Of a stretch of 64,000 bases of DNA, positions 10,260 through 19,400 are shown piece after piece. Position 1 is the first letter of the stretch. Every line of letters starts with the position of its first letter. Below the pieces are notes generated by a model that saw only the letters and a list, made by a program, of their open reading frames with translations, did not search any database and was not told where the DNA came from. The position numbers and the translations under genes are program-made. The stretch is taken from IMG/VR virus record IMGVR_UViG_3300025889_000070. The stretch is one strand, 5' to 3'. This DNA comes from a virus (taxonomy: Duplodnaviria > Caudoviricetes).

Positions 10260-10265
10260 ACACAT

Positions 10266-10294
10266 AGTATAACAGGGGCTTTCGCCCCTGTCAA
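10266..10294 (-). promoter_or_regulatory. Sigma70-type promoter whose spacer is a hairpin
   Basis: Minus strand TTGACA-ggggcgaaagcccctgt(17 nt)-TATACT with extended -10 TG; ACAGGGGC-GAAA-GCCCCTGT 8-bp inverted repeat at 10272-10291. Confidence 0.8.
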
Positions 10295-10335
10295 CTTTTT
10301 ACCATAAACTTTAATATAATTGGCCCTATTTAAGA

Positions 10336-11325
10336 TTAAGACTCTGAATTTGTTACAGTTGCCCAGGTTAGTGTACCCCAGGTTGCTGAAATAAACGTTG
10401 TTGCTGGTGGTGTTGCTGCAAATACGTCAGCTTTATCTCCATCAACTTGGTCAAGAACGTTATAAATGTTTTTTGCATAACTGGTTTGATCAGTTTCAGC
10501 ATCGCTCCATGTACATTTTAGATGAACAACGGCGCCGTTGTTACCCCTACCATCAGCATGAGCTGTGTCAACTTTGGCTTCTAACTGCCAGAAGTTTGTT
10601 GTGTAAGGAGCAGTATCAGAGAATTGCTTGTAAAGCTCTGTATAAGCTGTTGTTAGATCATAATAACCAGTGTTATTAGCAATGGTTGGTGTTCCACTTC
10701 CGCCGTTCTTTTCTGTGGTTGTAGCACGTAGTCTGACACTTCCAATTAGTGTATTTACAGTGTCTTCCCATTCATTGTACTTATCATCAGTAAAGAAAGG
10801 TGCTGGGGATGGGCCACCAACAGACGTAGTACCGCCTGAAAGACTGGGGTTAACATCAATGTAACCGCCGGCATTAAAGAAGTAACGAGCTTCGTCACCA
10901 CCATCAAATGTTAGTGTTGCTTCGTGTACAATAGTTGATGAAAATGTGCCAGAGCTTGTTAATGTCAAGTCTGTGCTAGCACCAGTACTAGCGTTAACAC
11001 TACCACCAGCTACGCTTGTGTCAAGTGTACCAATGTCCGTTGCGAGAGCAGTAATAGCTGTAATAAGATCACTGGTTGATGGGTTAGTGACACTATCAAC
11101 TGTAATGTTACCATCATCTACTGTATGATCGCTGATGCTTTTGATTCTTGTTAGTAGGGTAGCCCACTGTGTAGCTGTAATTGTGTTGCCGTCAGCTACT
11201 GTGCTGATTGTGGTTGTTTGTCCCCAGCCTCTAATTCCAGTGCTCTGACCCCATAATGCATTGACACTAGTTACAAATCCATTGTAGTGAGTGTCTAGAA
11301 TTGTATCACCTGTTTGATATGCCAT
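10336..11325 (-). CDS. Virion structural protein (fibre/baseplate-associated)
   Basis: Thr/Ser/Gly/Asp-rich beta-type composition; last gene of the fibre block; MAYQTG start similar to the neighbour's MAYTVN. Confidence 0.6.
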   Translation of the reverse strand: MAYQTGDTILDTHYNGFVTSVNALWGQSTGIRGWGQTTTISTVADGNTITATQWATLLTRIKSISDHTVDDGNITVDSVTNPSTSDLITAITALATDIGTLDTSVAGGSVNASTGASTDLTLTSSGTFSSTIVHEATLTFDGGDEARYFFNAGGYIDVNPSLSGGTTSVGGPSPAPFFTDDKYNEWEDTVNTLIGSVRLRATTTEKNGGSGTPTIANNTGYYDLTTAYTELYKQFSDTAPYTTNFWQLEAKVDTAHADGRGNNGAVVHLKCTWSDAETDQTSYAKNIYNVLDQVDGDKADVFAATPPATTFISATWGTLTWATVTNSES

Positions 11326-11337
11326 ATTATATAATCC

Positions 11338-12774
11338 TTAATTTATGGTAACAAAGGCTTCTACTGTGCCTTCTTGTTCTGTTGATTTAGATTCAATAGC
11401 ACGTCCAATTACATTAAATGCTGTTGCTTCGCCTGGTTGTGCTGCTCTTGCTAGACCATTGCCTGCGCTAACAAGTCTATCACCTTTATTTACAGTACCT
11501 AGTACTCTAACTGGTACACGACCGGTTACAGCAACTGGTAGACCATCTTCTAGTCCAGCGTTCATTAGGTAAGCTGGCTTCTCAGAGATAACACCAAATA
11601 CCTGCTCGCTGGCTTCTTCGTTTACACGAGTAATTTCTTCCGCACCACCTAGTGCAACAACTGTGCCTGGTGCATACTGTGAGTCTGCTGAGAAATTTTC
11701 TGCAACGTCAGCGTATTGTGCTGCGGTACTAGTTCCATTAAATGTTGTAGCAAATACTGTAGAAATTCTAGAACCACTGCTACCAAAATTAACAGTGCCA
11801 CTTACGAGAATATTACCTGTCATTGTGCCACCGGAGGTAAGTAGAGAACCTGCTCCGCTTACTTGACTATCAACGTATGCTTTTGTAGCTGCGTCTGCAC
11901 TGGCAGTTGGTGTTGCTAGACTAGTAATCTTTTTACTACTAACATCAACAGTGCCGTTTCCATTTGGAGCAAGAATAATGCTGCCGTTTGTGTTTGTGTT
12001 TGTAAACACTGGGTTGCTACTACCGTTAACAGTAATAGTTAAGTCACTGTCTACACCAACAACTAAACCAGTATCATTAAGAACACTTAGTACACCACTG
12101 GTGCTATCGTTTGCATTGCTGCGTAGATAGTTTGCTGCGGCAACGCCACCAAGCGCATCTGCATCAGTTGCTGTGCCTTGTAGCTTGGCACCTGTAACTG
12201 TTGAACTAAGTTGAATACCGGGTTTAATAGTTGTAAATCCGCTTAAGGCTGCTTGTGGAGTAAATTCTGTGTCTTTACTGACTGTACCAACTACAGTATT
12301 GCTTACATATAGTTTTACAACTACGTGATCAGCACTAGCGTTGTCAGTTACAACTTCAACAATGGCCCCTGAAGTTCCTGAACCGCTGGTAAATGCTGGA
12401 CCAATTGTGGTAAAGCTACTACCATTGTAAACTTTTAACTGACCATTTGTAGTATCCCACCACAAATCCCCAGTTACACTGTTACTTGGAGCACTTGCAC
12501 TTGCTGTGCTTGAACTAACAGTTTTAAATGCGGTGCCTGTATAAACTTTGAGCAGACTGTTTGTAGTATCCCACCACATTTGGCCTGCTAGAGGTGAACT
12601 GGGTGCGCTACTATTTGCAAAATTCTCTAGCAGTTTTACGTAGTTTTCATTAAGAAACTCGCCGTAACCTGCGTAGTTTTTACCAATTAGTACTAAATCT
12701 GTTGTTGTGTTAATTGTTCCGTCTGAAACAGTTGCTAGAACAGATCCGTTGGTTTTGTTGACCGTATATGCCAT
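11338..12774 (-). CDS. Tail-fibre-like protein with C-terminal chaperone-like domain
   Basis: Repeated APSSPLAGQMWWDTT/APSNSVTGDLWWDTT units; DAATKAYVD fibre motif; C-terminal QYADVAE...GTVVALGG...PAYLMN...GRVPVRV domain shared with 13500..16355. Confidence 0.75.
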   Translation of the reverse strand: MAYTVNKTNGSVLATVSDGTINTTTDLVLIGKNYAGYGEFLNENYVKLLENFANSSAPSSPLAGQMWWDTTNSLLKVYTGTAFKTVSSSTASASAPSNSVTGDLWWDTTNGQLKVYNGSSFTTIGPAFTSGSGTSGAIVEVVTDNASADHVVVKLYVSNTVVGTVSKDTEFTPQAALSGFTTIKPGIQLSSTVTGAKLQGTATDADALGGVAAANYLRSNANDSTSGVLSVLNDTGLVVGVDSDLTITVNGSSNPVFTNTNTNGSIILAPNGNGTVDVSSKKITSLATPTASADAATKAYVDSQVSGAGSLLTSGGTMTGNILVSGTVNFGSSGSRISTVFATTFNGTSTAAQYADVAENFSADSQYAPGTVVALGGAEEITRVNEEASEQVFGVISEKPAYLMNAGLEDGLPVAVTGRVPVRVLGTVNKGDRLVSAGNGLARAAQPGEATAFNVIGRAIESKSTEQEGTVEAFVTIN

Positions 12775-12801
12775 TGTTTTAATTCTCCACGAACTTAAAT
12801 T

Positions 12802-12809
12802 TATTTATC
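12802..12809 (-). promoter_or_regulatory. T4-type late promoter (GATAAATA)
   Basis: Close to the T4 gp55 consensus TATAAATA; in the intergenic gap upstream of 11338..12774. Confidence 0.6.
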
Positions 12810-12830
12810 ATGTTTTATAAACTAACAATA

Positions 12831-13493
12831 TTATAAACTTGTTAAATTAGTCAAGGTTTGAATACGAATTGTATAATCTATTTGTATCAATCTGTTCAAA
12901 CTTTTTTGTACAGGATGAAAAATAACATGAGTAAGTAACTTACCTGTGTTTACTGTTCCAATCCAGCTTTTTAAACCTAGTTCATCAAATGTATATGTGT
13001 CATTAAAATTACTAGTATTATCAAATGCTTGCTGATCATTGGGTTCGCCATAATCTAACAAGCAACTTACAACAATATCAGTGTAAACTTGGCCGCTTAC
13101 ATGACTTACTGTTAGTTTGTTTCTGCCTGAATCTGTGTTTAGGCTTGAATTATTGTCTACTACTTTGTAGTAGGTTTGATTGTAAAGGCTAGCATTTTGA
13201 CCGCTGCTATTTGCTGGTAGATATGTAATAACACCAGTGGGATCAACGTTTGTGCCGCCATTGCCAAATGCCATTTCATGAATAAAGCCAGTTGTTTTAT
13301 TTGCTACACTAAGAGCAAGTGCCTCACTCATATTTTCATAATGAATAGCATTACGCTTATTCACATATTCCTCGCCAGACTCAGGATCAAAGATACGGAT
13401 ATGCCCTTCCATAAGGACACCCCCCTGTTCTTTAAGAGGAGACTCTGGCTGGACTAGTTCTTGTTTTTCTTCCATGTCTTTATCTTCCTGCAT
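12831..13493 (-). CDS. Virion structural protein (baseplate/fibre attachment)
   Basis: Intact 220-aa ORF in the structural block; beta-rich (FDELGL, LTHVIFHPVQKSLNRLIQIDYTIRI). Confidence 0.6.
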   Translation of the reverse strand: MQEDKDMEEKQELVQPESPLKEQGGVLMEGHIRIFDPESGEEYVNKRNAIHYENMSEALALSVANKTTGFIHEMAFGNGGTNVDPTGVITYLPANSSGQNASLYNQTYYKVVDNNSSLNTDSGRNKLTVSHVSGQVYTDIVVSCLLDYGEPNDQQAFDNTSNFNDTYTFDELGLKSWIGTVNTGKLLTHVIFHPVQKSLNRLIQIDYTIRIQTLTNLTSL

Positions 13494-13499
13494 ATTATA

Positions 13500-16355
13500 C
13501 TAAACCTTTAACATACATTCAACAAGTTTTTCACCTGCGTCTGTGTTTGTTTCTAGAGCTATACCAACTCTATCTCCATCTGCTGTTGTGCTGGCTACGC
13601 CGTTATTGTCTGCTTTAACAACTTGACCCTTTTCAACTGGACCTATAACACGAACTTTAACTCGTCCAACCAACGCAACTGGGATGCCACCTTCTTGTTC
13701 ACTGTTCATTAAATAGGCTGGATTTTCACTGACTACGCCAGCTGGAACACCCAGACTATCGCAATGTGTTACTTCAAAGGATCCTCCAACCTTTAACACT
13801 GTTCCCACTGGATATCCAGCATCAGGTATGTACATTTCCGCTAAGTCAGCGTACTGTGCTTGGGTTGCTGTACCTGAGAAAAAACTGGTGGTGAGCGTGT
13901 TTGTACTTGGGTTGTAAGTAAGTCCTGTACTATCTACCTCGATGCCCTGTCCGCCGCTGGTGCCATCAACAAAGGCAATATAAACTGTTTCGTTTGTAGC
14001 AGTATTATCTGTAGTTGTTACGTTTGTTGCAGTGGTTGCAGTGGTTGCAGTGGTTGCATTACCACTTAGTGCACCACTAAATGTTGTTGCTGTAAGTGTG
14101 CCATTTGCACTGTTAAATGTAAGATTTGTTCCTGTCTTAGGAGGCAAGTTGCCGGTAGTACCAGTTACAAAAACTACATTACATGTTGTGTCTGCACTTT
14201 CATCTGCTACTGTAATGTTGGTTGCGTTAGTAGCGGTTGTTGCAGTGGTTGCATTACCACTTAGTGCACCACTAAATGTTGCTGCTGTAAGTGTACCTGT
14301 GCTTGGATTATATGTTAATCCACTGTCTTGTTTTACTGTGGTTAGTGCACCTGTTGTAGTGTCTGAAAAGTATAATAAGAAGTTTGTAGCAGTCGCTTCA
14401 TCATTTGAAACAGTTGCGCCGGCGGCTGCAAAACTTAGTGTACCTGCACCATTACTTACTAGTGCGTAACCACTAACACCAGCGTCTGCGCTTGGTAGTG
14501 TCCAGGTTACATTACTTGCAACTGTTGTTGGTGCTTGAAATGCTACCCAATTACTACTGTCTGCATCTGCAAATCTTAAATCCGACTGTGCTCGAAGTTG
14601 TACATCTGCATCAATATCTACTATACCCGATCCTGCTGTTGTTATAGATATACTCTGGTTTGTGTTTACTGTGCTTATTGCACTACCGCGAATGTGTAAA
14701 CTTGGATTATCTGTATCGCCTATCTCTAGTGCTTCTAACTGTAGTGTAGCAAGCCTAAATCCTGCGTCTGATGTATCAATAGTTGTTGAGCTACCAACAT
14801 CGCCTGCTGCGCCATAACCTGTAAACATCTTAAACTTGTTGTCACTGGCATCACGGAAGAGACCTGCGTGTGCTGGCCCATTATCGTAATAGTGTCCAAA
14901 GAAACCAATATCTACACTGTCACTTGATTCGTTATCACGAGCTAGTTTTATGAGAGGATCAGTAACATCAATCGTTGTTGCGTTAATAGTAGTAGTTGTG
15001 CCATTAACAGTAAAGTTGCCATCAACTGTTAGGTTGTTGCTAATCGTTACATCATTTGGCAGTCCAATAGTAATTTTATTTGCGGTTACAGTAGTTTGAA
15101 TTTCATTTGCAGTGCCTTCAAAGTCAATGGTATCGCCTGTTTCAACTGTGTCGTTTGATCCACTGTCTGCTTGTAGTGTAAAGATTGTTGTACCACTTGA
15201 CAGTAGTCCGTCAACATAGTTCTTAGTTGCTGCGTCTTGTGCACTAACAGGATCTGTAACGCCCTGCACTCTGTTAGTACCCATTTGTATAGTTTGACTG
15301 CCTGCAATAGTTAAACCATTTAATGTACCAACACTTGTAACGTTTGTTTGTGATGCGGTGGTTAGTGTACCTGCAACGTTTGTTGCTGTTACTGTATCTA
15401 TATATGCTTGTGACCATTCATTGCCACTTGCACCTAGTGTATATGAACTGTCAGCGTTTGGCTCTAGTTTACCATCAATAAGCACAGAACCTGTGCCATT
15501 TGGCTTTAGGATAATATCACTATTGGTACTGGTATTTTCAATAGTATTTGCTGCGCTGTTAATTTTAATATTACCAAATTCTGGCGAGCTTACTAGGCCA
15601 ATGGTTAAGTCGTTGGCATTCTGTGTTATTGTAATATTATCATCATGATTTATTGTTCTAAAATTAAACGTAACACCTGCTTTACCAGCAAAAATTTCAT
15701 TATACCCGCCTAGGTTTGCTGCTTGGTTTGCTTCGCCACCTGCTGCGCCTGGTAACTCAGCTAACTCTAATCGCATAGTGCTGGAATTCCAAACTAATCC
15801 AAAACCATTTACTTGTAAAGATAAGTCTACGTCGCTTAAATCATCTACGCTGGCGGCTGCAATTCTAGCATCTGCCCTAGCATTTGTAAAATATAGATTT
15901 GCTGAACCTTCCGGTACAACATCTGTGTCTACTTGATTAGCGCCTGTACCAAAATCAATGTGCGTGTCGTTAATACCATCTAGAAGAACACTAATTTCCC
16001 CACTGGCAATACCAATACCGCTTCCTGCTGTAAAATGTGATCTTACTTCACTTGCACTTGGGCCAGTATATGTAATAACACCAGTAGAACTATTATAACT
16101 TAAACTGCCGTCACCGCCAGCATCAGTAACACTAATAGCAGCTCTGCTTCTAGTATCTGTATAATAAAGATTGGTGTTTTCTGTAATATTATTTGTAGTA
16201 ATAGTTACAGCATTGCTAGTAGCAGTTAAACCATTAATGGTCTTAACATAATTTGCTTCAATTAGATTAGTTCTTGTGTTCAGATCAGTGAAGTTCCCGT
16301 CTAACTCTACATGGGTTAACGGAACACTTTTACTGCTTCTTAATACTATTGCCAT
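13500..16355 (-). CDS. Tail fibre protein (951 aa)
   Basis: MAIVLRSSKSVPLTHVELDGNF N-terminus of the type seen in marine myophage fibres; DAATKNYVD; internal 65-aa duplication; C-terminal QYADLAE domain. Confidence 0.78.
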   Translation of the reverse strand: MAIVLRSSKSVPLTHVELDGNFTDLNTRTNLIEANYVKTINGLTATSNAVTITTNNITENTNLYYTDTRSRAAISVTDAGGDGSLSYNSSTGVITYTGPSASEVRSHFTAGSGIGIASGEISVLLDGINDTHIDFGTGANQVDTDVVPEGSANLYFTNARADARIAAASVDDLSDVDLSLQVNGFGLVWNSSTMRLELAELPGAAGGEANQAANLGGYNEIFAGKAGVTFNFRTINHDDNITITQNANDLTIGLVSSPEFGNIKINSAANTIENTSTNSDIILKPNGTGSVLIDGKLEPNADSSYTLGASGNEWSQAYIDTVTATNVAGTLTTASQTNVTSVGTLNGLTIAGSQTIQMGTNRVQGVTDPVSAQDAATKNYVDGLLSSGTTIFTLQADSGSNDTVETGDTIDFEGTANEIQTTVTANKITIGLPNDVTISNNLTVDGNFTVNGTTTTINATTIDVTDPLIKLARDNESSDSVDIGFFGHYYDNGPAHAGLFRDASDNKFKMFTGYGAAGDVGSSTTIDTSDAGFRLATLQLEALEIGDTDNPSLHIRGSAISTVNTNQSISITTAGSGIVDIDADVQLRAQSDLRFADADSSNWVAFQAPTTVASNVTWTLPSADAGVSGYALVSNGAGTLSFAAAGATVSNDEATATNFLLYFSDTTTGALTTVKQDSGLTYNPSTGTLTAATFSGALSGNATTATTATNATNITVADESADTTCNVVFVTGTTGNLPPKTGTNLTFNSANGTLTATTFSGALSGNATTATTATTATNVTTTDNTATNETVYIAFVDGTSGGQGIEVDSTGLTYNPSTNTLTTSFFSGTATQAQYADLAEMYIPDAGYPVGTVLKVGGSFEVTHCDSLGVPAGVVSENPAYLMNSEQEGGIPVALVGRVKVRVIGPVEKGQVVKADNNGVASTTADGDRVGIALETNTDAGEKLVECMLKV
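14045..14297. repeat. 58-bp direct repeat inside the fibre gene (copies 14045-14102 and 14240-14297)
   Basis: The copies differ at 2 of 58 positions; spacing 195 nt = 65 codons; encodes LTAxTFSGALSGNATTAT. Confidence 0.9.
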
Positions 16356-16381
16356 GGTGTAATCTTCTTCATCATTAATGT

Positions 16382-16389
16382 TATTTATT
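16382..16389 (-). promoter_or_regulatory. T4-type late promoter (AATAAATA)
   Basis: Intergenic, upstream of the fibre gene 13500..16355. Confidence 0.55.
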
Positions 16390-16407
16390 GTAGTTTATAA
16401 TATTATA

Positions 16408-19400
16408 TTATAACTCTAATTCCTCGACATAATTTGCATCAACGTATCCGTCGTCTACATATAATGGGCTTTGTAGTTCTTGGATGTAGTTAGGCAATGC
16501 TGCTTCACAGTCTTTGAGGAAGGCAGCGTTAATTGTACTTGAACTTTGCAGTCCATAACCATTTGCTGCGGTGCTCGCTCCTAAAGTATACCAGGTTTTT
16601 GTATGAGTATCTGTTGCTGGTAAACGCTGTTTATCTGTTGTGTCATAAACTTCTGTGCCTTTTAAATGCATAGGAGCCCAGCGTGTGCCCATTGTACTGC
16701 GTCTGATATTAGTTACATAGTTGTCCTCCAAACTGATTTCCCAGTATGTGATTCGCTCATTGCCAACATATAGTACACCAGGGTTGTCACTGTTAACGTT
16801 AACAAGCGGAAGTTTGGTAGCATCTTCTACATAAATTTTTGTATCCGCTGGTTTTAAATCTTTAGCAAGTTTTGTTTGTCCATCATTGCAGAGTCTAAAA
16901 TATTCGTAGTTACCCAGCATGTCGTTAACCATTCTATATCCAATAATTGGTTCAATGGTATTTTCACTAAAATGTGTTACAATAATTTCAGTATTTGCAT
17001 TAATAATTTGGCTACTTAAATCTATTCTACCATTTATATCAATAGTAAAATCACCAGCATGTAGTCTTACGCCGTCCAGTGTAATCCAAAGGTTGTTTGC
17101 GTTTGTTGGGGTTCTATCCTGAGTATATTTGTTAAGAGCAAGACCTGCTAGTGTTTCGCCATCGAAAGCCCCGCTGTCGAACCCAAGCTCATCAAACTCA
17201 TCAATGCTGGGCACAAGTTCACTGCCTTGTCCAATAAAGACCTTTGTTTGTGTTCTTAATGGATCGTGGTTATTAAATGAGGTAACGTATACTTTATCGC
17301 CAGTAGAAAAACTTACGCTATTATCTAACCTTAGTTTACCAGCATCAATATAAAACTCGTTGCTATTCTCAACACTTACAATTAAAGTGTCACCAGAATT
17401 ATAAGCACTTAGCAAATTAACTTGCCAAACAAGTGTGCTAGTTGCGTCTACAACTTGTGTGAGTGTATAATCCTGAATATTATTTAGATTTTGCGTAATA
17501 TTGTTAATTTTGTCTAGGCGTGTTACAATTATGTCTCCAACGCTGGTGTTTGCCGCTGTTTCCTGAGCAGTGCTGGGAACTCGATAAGCGACTGTACTGC
17601 CATCTAAAGTGTAATATTTACTGTTGGAGGGACGCAATCTTTCTGTACCTAGTTCTACAATGACATTACCAGTTAATGGGTTTGCAAAATCGTCATCAAA
17701 AGATTGGTCTAGGTTATAAATGTAAGTACCACTTGTTAGTGTTATTTCCTGCGTTGTGCCGTAGGTGAATGCTGGCTTGGCTACACTTCTATTACTAATA
17801 AAAGCATGCAATACACTGCCATCTGGATTGTTTGTACTTAATGTAATATTTACTCTATTGTTTTGATTGGAAATAGTGTGTGTTACCGGAACACCATCTC
17901 TGAGAACTAAACTTTGCACATAGCGGCTATACTCTACGCCTAGTGTGTATTGTACTGTACTGCCATCGCCAATAATGACTTCCTCATGTGTTATTTTTTC
18001 TCCAGTGGTTCCAAATCCATAAATGTAAATCTGTGTACCTGCTGCTGGTGTACTAGCAAAACTAATAGTCCGACCTTCATAATCTGCTGTAAAGTCAAAG
18101 ATTCTTGTACTACCCTGATACACGACCAAGTAATCTACTAATTCTTTTCTGGTTAAATTAGCATAATAAAACTTGTTACTTGTTCCGTCTGCTGTGTAAA
18201 CTCTGCTTACTGTTTTAAAACTATTTCCGTCACCTAGGAAGTCATCACTGGGATCTGTATATACTTCCATGTCCAAGTTATCAAAAACAATGCCTGGAAC
18301 AAATTCTTCTGGAGCATGACTGTTGTAAACATCTACAAACTTGCCACCGTCAATATCGATATCTTCTGGCCTGGTGCCCAGTGCCAAATCACTGAATGTA
18401 CTCTTAATAACTGTATCAAGACCACTAACAGTTGTTAAACCATCTGTGTCTATTTCAAAGTTGTCAAAACCAATTATATCGTAGGTTGCGCTGTCAAACC
18501 CGGGCTCTTTGTCAAATCCAAGACCACTTACTTTGTTCGCCAAATATCCAGTACCAGGCTGTAGTAGTTCAAGATCGTCACCTAGCATGCCTTCGCCAGG
18601 CACATAGTAGGCGCCAATTCTGTCTGCCGCGCTGCTTAAATTTTCATCAGCATAAGGAACAAGTATTATAGTACCAGTTATATCTTCCACACTAAAGGCA
18701 CTGCCACTGGTAAATCCTCCACTAGCACTAACCTGATAAACTTCCTGTATTTTAGTGTTGGTATTGTAGTAGGCAATTAGATCCTTATATACATAACTGG
18801 TATTTGCTGCCCAGTCTTTAACTATAGTGGCATAGGTAATTCTATCAAACTTTAATGTTGTATCAAACTCTCTAATCTGATCATTTTTTAGTCTTGGTGA
18901 AATATCCAGTCCAGTACCCTGCCCTGTAATAGTTAGTGTAGGTGTTTTTGTATAACCACTGCCCTTGTTTGTTACTGTTATTCTAACTATGCTGTTGCCA
19001 TTGGTAACCGCAGTAGCAGTTGCCTGCGTACCACCAGAGACATCAGGTGCACTAATAGTAAGTGTTGGGTTGTCTAAAAATCCAGCGCCAGCACTGTTAA
19101 TAACGATGCTGTCAATATAGTAAGTATAGTTTTTACTCCAGGGATTATTCAAACCCTGAGTTCTAGTTATTTCGTCTCCGCCAAAGTCACCACTGGGCTT
19201 TCTGAAATATTCTACACTGGTATCATAAAAACTGTGTAAGTCAAAGTCTGTTACATCACCTTTCCAGTTATCAGTACCATCATATTTGGCAACATACTCT
19301 CTAATTTTAGTGTGATAGGGCTTAACTTCCTCAATATATTTTTCTACAAAAGTACTATTATCAAGCTGGTAAGTTGGATACTGATCTAGATCTCTAATTT

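Noticed and set aside
1-10265. RiPP cluster with a precursor peptide
   Set aside because: None of the small ORFs shows a leader/core or repeated Cys/Ser/Thr/Trp pattern, and no RRE, peptidase or transporter was recognised; it cannot be fully excluded because the operon runs off the window.
13500-16355. Diversity-generating retroelement acting on the fibre genes
   Set aside because: No reverse transcriptase in the window, and the repeat mismatches are not the adenine-specific TR/VR pattern at a C-terminus.
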